Source: Bdellovibrio sp.
GTDB lineage: Bacteria > Bdellovibrionota > Bdellovibrionia > Bdellovibrionales > Bdellovibrionaceae
Reading direction: 5' to 3'
NCBI RefSeq assembly: GCF_036384735.1
Contig: NZ_DASVLT010000038.1
Span: 148 to 64,147 of the forward strand
DNA: 64,000 nt
This document shows, in pieces, positions 48,936 through 57,937 of the stretch. The position numbers and the translations under genes were made by a program. Within the stretch, counting starts at the first letter, position 1, and each line of letters starts with the position of its first letter. Below the pieces are notes generated by a model. It had not been told where the DNA came from. It worked only from the letters and a program-made list of their open reading frames with translations, and did not search any database.

Positions 48936-49637
48936 CTATACGCACTCTTTAAGTTTGCGCACGATTTCCATCGCTTTTGTTTTATCAACTTTTTTCACGT
49001 CCATGATCGCTTGCACGAACGCTTCTTCAGAAGTTGATTTCGCACCTGTTTCGATCAATTGATCGTGGCGTTCGATGATTTGAGTGTAAGAATCGCGCTC
49101 GGCTTTAGAGAATCTTGTCAAAATGCCTTCTGGTAAGCTTTCAAGTTTAGTCAAAGCTTGAGTTGTGTCTGTCAATTCAGATGGATTCAGTTCTTTTGCT
49201 GACTTGCGAGCACCCGTCAAAGAAGCGTTTGCAAGTAATTTTGCAGAAGCGGAAGCCGCCGCATCGATAGATTTACCTTCAGCGGCATCTGTTTTAGAGA
49301 TTTCTACAGCCATTTTTTTAGCCGCGATCACAGTTGCCAAACTGTCCAAGCGTTCTGCGGATTTTGCAGAATCTGACATCAGAGACATAGCCAAAGCATT
49401 GTTTTTTCCAGAAGGAAGGTTCAACTCGTTGATCATTTTGTCGCGAGCTGCTTGAGCTTGTTGTGCACTCAGACCTTTTGCAGTTGCACCCTTACCGAAA
49501 GCCGCTTCTTTAATTTGCTTTGTATACTCCACAAGGGATTCGCGAACTGACTTTGCTCCTGAAACACCTGCGTAAGATGTCGAGAATGACATTGTTGTCG
49601 CCAAAGCTACCATACCGATTACAAATGCTTTTTTCAT
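48936..49637 (-). CDS. secreted Ala/Lys-rich helical hypothetical protein
   Basis: Signal peptide (SYA|G); ggagag RBS; ends KLKECV. Confidence 0.8.
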   Translation of the reverse strand: MKKAFVIGMVALATTMSFSTSYAGVSGAKSVRESLVEYTKQIKEAAFGKGATAKGLSAQQAQAARDKMINELNLPSGKNNALAMSLMSDSAKSAERLDSLATVIAAKKMAVEISKTDAAEGKSIDAAASASAKLLANASLTGARKSAKELNPSELTDTTQALTKLESLPEGILTRFSKAERDSYTQIIERHDQLIETGAKSTSEEAFVQAIMDVKKVDKTKAMEIVRKLKECV

Positions 49638-49819
49638 GACTCTCTCTCCTTAGTCAAAAAAGTAAAATTGATTCAAATATGGTAAAAGCAAAAGCAATGC
49701 TACGTAGGATGCGGATAAATTCATTCCTATGCCCTTAGGATGTCAAAGTCCCAAGAGCAAGGACACTTCTGGGCACCGTCTCAACTTGAGGCGATATATA
49801 GTTCTTTAAGTAGATGAAA

Positions 49820-49848
49820 GAAAAGGGCCTTTTTCAAACAAAAGGCCG
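49820..49848 (-). terminator. intrinsic terminator after the DUF1254 gene
   Basis: Minus strand ggcctttt-N-aaaaggcc followed by cttttctttc. Confidence 0.55.
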
Positions 49849-49859
49849 CAATTGTAGGA

Positions 49860-51356
49860 CTATGGGAATGTCTCGTTTTGAGACAATTGTTTCTGCGGAA
49901 GAGGTTGCTCAATTTGTTGAACTCCAGGCATGCGCCAAGAGCGATTCAGAATTTCTTTTTTTGGCCAATAGAATCGAGCTGTCAGAGCAAAATTCCCCTG
50001 AGGTGTGGGCAACCAATTGGCAAGATATCGTTTGGCCGGAGGTTGATATTGCACGAATAAAGTTAATGAACCGTCTTTGTTAAAAACAAGTGGGCCATTG
50101 CTACCAACAGCATATTTGTTCAAGGGATTTTTTACGAAAGCGAATTTATCGTTATACATCGTCACAGACCAGAAAGCTTCGACGGGAGGAAGTTTTCCCT
50201 TCGCAAAATGAATGACGTAATTGTTCTTTCCGTTTAAGCGCCTTGCTCTTGAGTCATAAGCAGCTCTCGCATAAGTTGTATCTTGGGGAAGACTTGCACC
50301 CAATTCTGTTTTTGCTACAGTCGCGCGATTTGAATAGTTCGTGCCGTAACGACCTCTGTCGAAGTTATAGGCCCAGCCGCCACTTTTTTCGCTCTTCGGA
50401 TTTTTTGCAGCATTGATGATTTTATTGAGAGCAGCAATTGCACCCTCATTCAAGGCGGCACGTAAATCTGGTGACAGTTTTGCCGCATCGAAACTTCGAC
50501 CTGGCACTAAGCCAATCCGTTTCATTTTCTCGAGCATCAAACCGTCTTGGTCTGTGGGAGGATTGCGTTTCATAGATTCTGCCATGCGAGTAAAGAAGTC
50601 CAAACCGGACAAAGCTTCGACTTGATCTACTGGTGTTTGAGTCATATTGACGCCTTCTTTAACCCTAACGTCACTTGGAGGAACATAAGTTTGTCCCCAA
50701 GAGCTCAGCGGAATCAGAGTATATTTCTGTTGAAGAGCGTGAACTTTGTCATAATCTCTTGGGCCATTAGTTTGCGTGCGTCCTATGATCCATACGTCGT
50801 TGGTTGGCGCTTTAATTTGCTGAAGACCTACGGGAACTGTTCCGTGCCAGTTGGGGCCCGTGACTACAAAATCTATTTTTCCATTTCCGGTCGTACGAGA
50901 TCCTGGATTTGCAAAGACGTCTGTCCATGCGCTCATCATCTGCATAAGATAATAACGATTGCCTAGATCGGGCAGACTGAGCACCACCGGTCCGTTACTA
51001 AGATCAAGCCATGCCGAACTATAAAGGGTATCAGCGTTTGGTGAAGCGACATCTGTAGTTGAATCATCTGGAGAAGTTTTTTTATGAACAAATTGATTTA
51101 AGGGCGCCGCACTTTCCGTAGCCATCGCGGAATGAGTCATCATGTCTTTTGTAACATCCATAATCACAAGGGGATAGCCAAAGGCATAAACTTGCTCTGC
51201 CAAAATCCTGGCTTCGCGTACGCCGGCCTCTGCTGTCGGAGCCGTCACTGAAGTGGCGGAAGAAGTGGTTTCAGTTTTTGTCGGAGAGCTTTTGCAGGAA
51301 TTGATCGCGAATAAGAGCGCACTGAGTGCGAAGACAAAGAATATTCTCGAATACAT
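49860..51356 (-). CDS. DUF1254/DUF1214 family lipoprotein
   Basis: Lipobox INSC; SPNADTLYSSAWLDLS, GRTQTNG, PPVEAFWSVTMY, RFYWP; start moved to MYSRI. Confidence 0.9.
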   Translation of the reverse strand: MYSRIFFVFALSALLFAINSCKSSPTKTETTSSATSVTAPTAEAGVREARILAEQVYAFGYPLVIMDVTKDMMTHSAMATESAAPLNQFVHKKTSPDDSTTDVASPNADTLYSSAWLDLSNGPVVLSLPDLGNRYYLMQMMSAWTDVFANPGSRTTGNGKIDFVVTGPNWHGTVPVGLQQIKAPTNDVWIIGRTQTNGPRDYDKVHALQQKYTLIPLSSWGQTYVPPSDVRVKEGVNMTQTPVDQVEALSGLDFFTRMAESMKRNPPTDQDGLMLEKMKRIGLVPGRSFDAAKLSPDLRAALNEGAIAALNKIINAAKNPKSEKSGGWAYNFDRGRYGTNYSNRATVAKTELGASLPQDTTYARAAYDSRARRLNGKNNYVIHFAKGKLPPVEAFWSVTMYNDKFAFVKNPLNKYAVGSNGPLVFNKDGSLTLFVQYQPPAKRYLANWLPTPQGNFALTARFYWPKKEILNRSWRMPGVQQIEQPLPQKQLSQNETFP

Positions 51357-51469
51357 TTCAAACCCCCATCCTAGAGATTCATTCACAGGATCAAGAAAGA
51401 TGGGGATGAAGAAAAGGAGAACAGATTGAGTCTGCCAATAATCACCGCAAAGTTTTTTATGGGCCAGAC

Positions 51470-54319
51470 CTAGGGCTTCCCTGGCATCGTCATTCCTCTC
51501 ATTGCTGCAAGCTTTGCCTGGATCTCGTTATTGAATTTATTTTGCTGGATGTTCGCCTGTTTCAGGTTGCGAATCTTATCCCAGCTAACTGCATTAGCCA
51601 TGCTTCCATACATCATCACTTCTGAAGCCAATGATTGAAGATTCTCAAGACAAGCTACTGCGATTTCTTGCTGTTGAGCGTTTAGTTTTACAAGAGCCCC
51701 ATCCTTTGCATCTCCGACACCTAAAGATGTCGCCACATTTTTCAAAGACACTTGAATTTTTTGAAGCTGCTCATCAAGTTGATAATTTTCCAATGGAGAT
51801 TGAATCGCCTCATGACCATCGATTTGCACGATCTTGATTTGTTGAATAAGTCCATTCAACACCGCAAATTCTTGCTCTACCGCTTTCAATGGATCTTGAG
51901 TAGGCGCCTTCGTCAAAATTGTCGAAAGATCCAATTTATAAGAGGCAGTTGGCTGTAGAAGTTCGCTCAATAATGATAGATATGTGCGCTCTTCCTGGAA
52001 GGCCGCATTCATAGCGCCGTTAGAAATTGGTCCGCGGTTGAATGTCGCTTTGTCAGTGCGAACCTGTCCCCAGAACTCCTTATCAAAGAAATTCTTAGTG
52101 CTATTGCCAAGTTTATCCCACATTTTCTCGAAGACATTTGCGTAAGCCTGGCGGTCTTGGCGATAAATTGTGCGAACCATGTTAGCTACGATCGAATCAT
52201 AGTCTTTGCCGAATTCTTCAAACGCCTTTTGCATTTGTGACTCGGTTGTTTTTGTCCACCATTGTGGGAATCCGGATTCTTTAGCATCACCCACGATATT
52301 TGGGCGTGCGGTTTGGACGATATAATCTAAAAAGCCGGTATATTTTTTTCTGTTATGGTCAAAGACATCCCAAGAATAGATATTCTTAGCGCGTGAACGT
52401 GGCATGCCGACCGTGTCGCACAAATTACTGAAATCATCTTTAGGATTTCCCAACATTGGCGGCAGGAACACAGAAGGGAAGCCGCGAGAAGTCTTAACAA
52501 CTTTCGCGCCTGCCTCCGCGTTTGGTCCACACACCATTTGCATCATCAAATAATCAGTCATTGTTGGAGTAAAAAACACGCCAACCTGTCTGTAGTAAGC
52601 AGTACCTTTGAAATTTTCAGAAGTTGTCGGAGCTGATTGATAAGTCGCAAGGAAGCCGCGGCCTTTTTCTAGCATTGGATCTGGTTTGCCCAGTTTCGTT
52701 TTTGTATCTTGCAAGGCACGGATGTACCACTGTGTAGAGGCTACATTTTGCACAGATTGTTCGATCGTTGTATTCAACAAGTCTAATCCCTGACCCATTA
52801 CCATATGGTCATCCGAAGCCAACATATCGCGAATTTTTTTGAATTGAATTTTCTCGTTCGGATTCATGTACTTAAAATTGCCGTCTTTGATGATTTGATC
52901 CATCGAAGCAACCACATCGGCAACAGTATCAGCCTGCCAGTTTTCAACCATCTTAGGACTTTGGAAATAAAGATCTTCGCGACCTGCCTCCATGCCTTTT
53001 GCTGGAACTCCATTCAGTGGATAATAGGCAAGAAGTGGTTTAAACGGAGATTGATCATAACGAACATTGCGCACTTCATTTACGAAAGCGTTGTAGAAAG
53101 CATAACTAGAGTTGTACATGCTTGTAAGTTGGAAAAGATTTTCCGACCAGGCTTGATGTGCCTCATAGACATCCGAAAGGTTCATCATGCGCCATTCCGT
53201 CATTTTCGTTCTGAAATTTTTGATGTCTTTCTTTAATTCAACGTTGGAAGCAGTCCATTGAGATGCCTTTAATGCATTGACGTCTTTAGTAAGATCATCA
53301 CCCATTGTATTGAATGTCGCTCCGTCGAAGAAATTCTTCCACGCATAGGTTACTTTGCGATTCAGCCATGCATCGATCGCTACAAATACGCCAATTTGTA
53401 AACCTTTAACAACAAGAAGGCGGATGCCCTTAAGTTCCATTGTTCCAGGCATCAACCACAAGGCGATATCAACGCCAGTTAATTTGAGCACAACACGAGT
53501 CACAACAGATTGAGCCATCCCTGCAAGTGCAGAAGATGCAAGCATAGAAACCATGCCTGGAGCGAACTCCCAGATTTTTTTGTGAATCACAAGATATTCG
53601 TAAGCTTTAGAGCAAGGATCAGCATCGATACCAGCCGCTTGATCTTGAGCAGAAACTTTTCCACCCATCATCACCTTTCCGCAGGCCATGACGTTCGGAT
53701 CAGAAGCCACTTGGGAAAGGTAGCTTTGTACGAAAGCGCCTACCGTCATTCCAAGATATGGAATCATGTGATGGAATTTTGGGTTGGTCATGTACATCGC
53801 AAGAACATTTGAAGTCAGACCCTGAGAGGCCATAAACGCAAAGAAGCCAAAGACACCAATTGGTGAAAGTTGATGGTCGATGTGCTGCTTCATCGCAGTT
53901 GGATTTTGTGAGTAGTTTGTAATAAGTTGGCCAGCCACCACGGCACCCATCGCGACAAAGAAAATCAAAGACTCTGTCGGAAGACTTTTCATCGAATGAG
54001 AAAATGCAGATTGACCCGCACCTTTCACGCGCACCATTTCATCTAAAAGCATTCTATTCAAAGATTTAGGAGAAAATTTGCGAAGATTTTCCTCATCACC
54101 GAATGGGATTTCCATAGCCAGTTGATTCGATGACTTATCGTAAACAGCGGCCTTCTTGTTCGTTTCATCAACAACCAAACGATAGCCGAGTGGCTCCAAG
54201 TAATCGCGGTACTGGGTCATCTTAGCTTTTTCAGCGTCTGTCATGTTTCCAGCAAACGCAGGACCGATCGCGGTGTTCAACAAGGCGATGGACACTAGGA
54301 TTTTCTTGAACCAATTCAT
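51470..54319 (-). CDS. large secreted hypothetical protein (949 aa) with a hydrophobic helical block
   Basis: Signal peptide (AFA|G); gaggag RBS; several Gly/Ala-rich hydrophobic helices at about aa 117-320. Confidence 0.85.
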   Translation of the reverse strand: MNWFKKILVSIALLNTAIGPAFAGNMTDAEKAKMTQYRDYLEPLGYRLVVDETNKKAAVYDKSSNQLAMEIPFGDEENLRKFSPKSLNRMLLDEMVRVKGAGQSAFSHSMKSLPTESLIFFVAMGAVVAGQLITNYSQNPTAMKQHIDHQLSPIGVFGFFAFMASQGLTSNVLAMYMTNPKFHHMIPYLGMTVGAFVQSYLSQVASDPNVMACGKVMMGGKVSAQDQAAGIDADPCSKAYEYLVIHKKIWEFAPGMVSMLASSALAGMAQSVVTRVVLKLTGVDIALWLMPGTMELKGIRLLVVKGLQIGVFVAIDAWLNRKVTYAWKNFFDGATFNTMGDDLTKDVNALKASQWTASNVELKKDIKNFRTKMTEWRMMNLSDVYEAHQAWSENLFQLTSMYNSSYAFYNAFVNEVRNVRYDQSPFKPLLAYYPLNGVPAKGMEAGREDLYFQSPKMVENWQADTVADVVASMDQIIKDGNFKYMNPNEKIQFKKIRDMLASDDHMVMGQGLDLLNTTIEQSVQNVASTQWYIRALQDTKTKLGKPDPMLEKGRGFLATYQSAPTTSENFKGTAYYRQVGVFFTPTMTDYLMMQMVCGPNAEAGAKVVKTSRGFPSVFLPPMLGNPKDDFSNLCDTVGMPRSRAKNIYSWDVFDHNRKKYTGFLDYIVQTARPNIVGDAKESGFPQWWTKTTESQMQKAFEEFGKDYDSIVANMVRTIYRQDRQAYANVFEKMWDKLGNSTKNFFDKEFWGQVRTDKATFNRGPISNGAMNAAFQEERTYLSLLSELLQPTASYKLDLSTILTKAPTQDPLKAVEQEFAVLNGLIQQIKIVQIDGHEAIQSPLENYQLDEQLQKIQVSLKNVATSLGVGDAKDGALVKLNAQQQEIAVACLENLQSLASEVMMYGSMANAVSWDKIRNLKQANIQQNKFNNEIQAKLAAMRGMTMPGKP

Positions 54320-54359
54320 ACTTGCTCCTCAAGACAGAAACTGTCTCATGATGAAGAGA

Positions 54360-54375
54360 AGCAAGCTTAGTGCCC
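54360..54375 (-). promoter_or_regulatory. sigma54-like -24/-12 promoter of the 949-aa gene
   Basis: GGGCACTAAGCTTGCT with canonical GG/GC spacing, about 40 nt above the ATG. Confidence 0.6.
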
Positions 54376-54402
54376 TTTAACTGCTATTGGCTGGATTTGG
54401 CA

Positions 54403-54419
54403 TGTCTCTAAATGAGACA
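54403..54419. promoter_or_regulatory. GTCTC-N5-GAGAC palindrome
   Basis: tgtctctaaatgagaca, flanked by ggca/tgcc. Confidence 0.5.
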
Positions 54420-54444
54420 ATGCCTGTTTCGGGCACGGGGATGT

Positions 54445-56250
54445 CTAGAAAATGACAGAGATCTTCCAGTTGTCCTTGGTATCGCGAATTTCCCCTTCCA
54501 ATCGAAGCTCGGTTTGGAAGAGGGAATAAGAAATTCCCGCAGAGAAATCCCCAAGGGATCTGCCTTCTGAAGTCGAATACAAATATTTCGCATCAAGCAG
54601 AGTGCGGAAGTGATCGGTCCATTTATTTACAAGTAAGCCTTCTACTCCGAAGTGAGGTCTTGCCTCTTCAAATAGATGGCTGTTTTCTGTGATCAAAAAC
54701 ATATTCCAGCGTGCAGCCTGCGGAATTGGCAAGTCCAAGCCCGCACCTATGCCGCCGTTAAAGTAAGGCGCAAGTTTTGGCTCGGTTCCAACATCGACTT
54801 TCCAGCTCAATGGATGTTCAAATTCAGTCCAGGGATACGTTGTGATAATATTTAAGAATGTAAACTGATGAAGATCTAAATTTTGCTCTGTTGGACGATA
54901 ACGAAAATCAAAACTAAAGAAATCCAATTGTGAAAATGGCGCAAGACCGCTGTCATCGGAAAGCAAATCATGAAATCCGCGTCGCCATTTGAAAGAATAA
55001 AAATCGACTTTATCATCCTGTCCATAAGCCCAATAAACGGCGGAGGTGTCAGGACTTGATAGAGGAGACTTTGGCTGAGGAATCTTGACTGGTTCAGTGA
55101 TATTTCCCAACTGAGCGCGAGCGACAGAAAGCTGATATTTCTCGTCCTTTTTTTCTTTTTGCTCTCGATATTCGGTTAATGCCAAATAGCTTAATGCGGC
55201 TTCAAGGCTTGTCGCTTTTTCTTTCTTATTTAGGGACTGATAAGTGGGCTCATTCAAAGATTTGTCCTTGATGATTTCCTTTAAAGCACTGCGCTGAGAA
55301 AAATTTAGATGAGAATAACGAGCGTGCCACTCGGCTTGCAATGAACTTCGGACTTTTTCTCCGTCAAGAAGCCACTTGCGATCCATCACCTTTACGGTAT
55401 CAAGGGGAATGACAATATCATGAAATTCGGATGTTAAATCCAAATCAGGCTTCGCAACTTCGATCAATTCAAGAATTTGAGCGGAACAGTTTTCGTCTGC
55501 GAAATAATAGGGCGCATAGCCACCTTCAATTTCTAGAAGATGATCAATCATGAATTCAACCTCTTCGGGTTTTAAATTCATTTTGTATTCCCAAAGGTCC
55601 CGTCCTTCGAGGTTTGTGTATTCGCGAATTTTCTGATGGTAAGGCTGCATAGAGTAAGCGCCAGGATAAGATCCGAAAAGACCCTTCAGTGCATACAATG
55701 CGCCCGTATCATCACCAGTGACGGCGGCATAATTCACGCCGTAATCGAGCAAATCAAGACGACCGGTGTTTTTAGGATTGTGAAAGCGCAAGAATGTGTG
55801 ACCAAAGCTAGATGCAGCACTGCTGAGGTCACTTGCTGCAAAGATCAAATAAACTTCTTTGGCGCCGAGATCTGCTTTCCACTTGTCACGCTCGGGGCAG
55901 GCGATCAAATCTTCAGTGGCGATATTGACTACTTTTTTTAACCAAGCGGTTCGAGCAAGATACCGACATTGGGCTTTGCCATCAGCAGAGAATAATAAAT
56001 CAATCGTCGCATTGAGTTCCGCTTGAGGATCTTTTGCGCCTTCCGAAGAAATAAAAAAATTCCCACGGATTGGAGAGTAATAAGAACGTATAACGCCTTT
56101 GCGGTAATGCCCGAGGCGCAACCATTGAGCCGAGTGAGCAAGATCTTGTTTCAGAGCTTGTTTCTTATAGTCCTCGGTACGTGCTAAGGAAAAGCCCCAC
56201 GCAAGATGTGGGGCTATCAGAATGAAAAAACCTAGAAGCTTAAGAACCAT
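54445..56250 (-). CDS. DUF4105 (Lnb N-terminal-like) protein with a beta-rich C-terminus
   Basis: WLRLGHY, SSFGHTFLR, YTNLEGRDLWEY, YYFADENCS; ends ISVIF. Confidence 0.85.
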   Translation of the reverse strand: MVLKLLGFFILIAPHLAWGFSLARTEDYKKQALKQDLAHSAQWLRLGHYRKGVIRSYYSPIRGNFFISSEGAKDPQAELNATIDLLFSADGKAQCRYLARTAWLKKVVNIATEDLIACPERDKWKADLGAKEVYLIFAASDLSSAASSFGHTFLRFHNPKNTGRLDLLDYGVNYAAVTGDDTGALYALKGLFGSYPGAYSMQPYHQKIREYTNLEGRDLWEYKMNLKPEEVEFMIDHLLEIEGGYAPYYFADENCSAQILELIEVAKPDLDLTSEFHDIVIPLDTVKVMDRKWLLDGEKVRSSLQAEWHARYSHLNFSQRSALKEIIKDKSLNEPTYQSLNKKEKATSLEAALSYLALTEYREQKEKKDEKYQLSVARAQLGNITEPVKIPQPKSPLSSPDTSAVYWAYGQDDKVDFYSFKWRRGFHDLLSDDSGLAPFSQLDFFSFDFRYRPTEQNLDLHQFTFLNIITTYPWTEFEHPLSWKVDVGTEPKLAPYFNGGIGAGLDLPIPQAARWNMFLITENSHLFEEARPHFGVEGLLVNKWTDHFRTLLDAKYLYSTSEGRSLGDFSAGISYSLFQTELRLEGEIRDTKDNWKISVIF

Positions 56251-56716
56251 GGCACTGTTGTGCTAGATCCTTTTGTGTCGCCATTTCAGAGTTCAAGTTT
56301 TTAACCATGTCAGCTGCAGACGTGTTCGCTGCTGGCAAGATTTTAGAATATGAACCTTGTGCGAATGAACCAAAAGCTTGTTGAGCAGACTCGTCCCAGC
56401 AGCCTTTCATTTGTGCCAAAGTATAAAGTTTTTCGCCATGGCCCTGAGCCATTTCACGAGAAAGCTCTTCTTGATTTACTTCAACAAAGTATTGGATTTC
56501 TTTGTCATTCATAACGATACCGCTTGCAGAGCAGTTTGAAGTACCGGAAGTGATACCAAATGCTTGAGTTAGGAATGTACCGTTCGTAGTCATAGCGAAC
56601 AATTGCAAAAGCTTAGAGTTTTTAGTGATGATCATGCTACCAAGACCGCAACCAGCATCACCGGCGAAAGCTTGAGCAGAGAACAAAACTACCAATACAC
56701 ATAGAACCTTTTTCAC
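56240..56716 (-). CDS. DUF3015 family secreted protein
   Basis: AGCGLGS, TNGT, FGITSGTSNC, LSREMAQGHGEKL. Confidence 0.88.
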   Translation of the reverse strand: MKKVLCVLVVLFSAQAFAGDAGCGLGSMIITKNSKLLQLFAMTTNGTFLTQAFGITSGTSNCSASGIVMNDKEIQYFVEVNQEELSREMAQGHGEKLYTLAQMKGCWDESAQQAFGSFAQGSYSKILPAANTSAADMVKNLNSEMATQKDLAQQCHGS

Positions 56717-56778
56717 GAGAAACCTCCTTGTATTTATTCAATGCTTGCTTAAGACTAAATGAACATCAAGGAGAGTTC

Positions 56779-57132
56779 ATGGCAGTCCAGGACGTCAATC
56801 GACAAACAATGAAAGAAGTGGTCGAAAATAATCAAATTGTGATCGTCGATTTCTGGGCAGAGTGGTGCGGGCCATGCAAAAGATTTTCACCGATCTTTGA
56901 GTCCGTTGCGGCCAAACACGCAGACATCAAATTTGTGAAGGTCAACACTGATATCGAACAAGAACTTGCTGCAATGTTTGAAGTTCGTTCGATTCCAACA
57001 ATCGCTGTTATTAAAGAACAGGACATCGTCTTTGTACAACCGGGTGCTTTCCCAGAAGAGGTTTTGGAAGAGGTTGTTCAGAAAGCTCGTGATCTTGATA
57101 TGGAACAAGTTCGTAAAGATAATCCACGCTAG
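56779..57132 (+). CDS. trxA: thioredoxin
   Basis: DFWAEWCGPCK, SIPT; start moved to MAVQD. Confidence 0.93.
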   Translation: MAVQDVNRQTMKEVVENNQIVIVDFWAEWCGPCKRFSPIFESVAAKHADIKFVKVNTDIEQELAAMFEVRSIPTIAVIKEQDIVFVQPGAFPEEVLEEVVQKARDLDMEQVRKDNPR

Positions 57133-57136
57133 ATAC

Positions 57137-57167
57137 AAAAAAACCCGCTGCTAAGAGCGGGTTTTTC
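57137..57167. terminator. bidirectional intrinsic terminator
   Basis: aaaaacccgct-gctaag-agcgggttttt. Confidence 0.88.
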
Positions 57168-57188
57168 GTTTTCACATCTCGAAAGAAA

Positions 57189-57902
57189 TTATCTTACGAT
57201 TTCGATGTGCTTGATAACTACCGGCTCAACCGGGCGATCCATTGGACCTGTTTTAGAATTTTCGATAGAATGAACAACATCCATTCCTTCTACAACTTCA
57301 CCGAACACAGTGTGACGACCATCCAACCAAGGAGTTGGAACTGTCGTTACGAAGAACTGCGAACCGTTCGTGTTAGGACCCGCATTTGCCATAGACAAGA
57401 TGCCTGGTTTGTCGTGCTTAGGAGCACCAGCTGGGAATTCATCTTCGAAACGGTAACCCGGGCCACCAGTTCCAGTTCCAAGTGGGCAACCACCTTGGAT
57501 CATGAAGTTTTTGATCACGCGGTGGAAAGTCAAACCGTCGTAAAATGGCTTTTTAACTTTTTCGCCAGTTTTAGGATCCGTCCACTCTTTAGTGCCTTCT
57601 GCAAGACCCACAAAGTTTTCAACAGTTTTTGGAGCTTTATCGTTGAAGAATTTAACTTTGAAATTTCCTTTGTTTGTTTCGAAAATCGCGAACATCGGTG
57701 GTCCCTTCTTCTTGTCAGTCGCTTTTTTTGTCGCCGCTTTGGAATCTTTTGCGGACTTTTTTACTTCTTTTGTTTGCTTCGTTTCTGTCGCCTTCTCAGT
57801 GGAAGTCGTTTCAGCGGCATCAGCACGGAAGCTGAAGGCTGCTAGCAAAAACGCAAAAAGGTAGATCCAAATAACCTTCTTGATATCGATATTTTTCGAC
57901 AC
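57189..57902 (-). CDS. exported cyclophilin-type peptidyl-prolyl isomerase
   Basis: [37 protein letters not shown]; signal peptide; GTG at 57902 after aggag. Confidence 0.93.
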   Translation of the reverse strand: MSKNIDIKKVIWIYLFAFLLAAFSFRADAAETTSTEKATETKQTKEVKKSAKDSKAATKKATDKKKGPPMFAIFETNKGNFKVKFFNDKAPKTVENFVGLAEGTKEWTDPKTGEKVKKPFYDGLTFHRVIKNFMIQGGCPLGTGTGGPGYRFEDEFPAGAPKHDKPGILSMANAGPNTNGSQFFVTTVPTPWLDGRHTVFGEVVEGMDVVHSIENSKTGPMDRPVEPVVIKHIEIVR

Positions 57903-57937
57903 GTTTGAACTCCTAATTGTCTTAGACACCTTCACTA

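Noticed and set aside
49687-49702. TAGCATTGCTTTTGCT as a sigma54 promoter
   Set aside because: It lacks the near-invariant -24 GG; kept only as a degenerate candidate.
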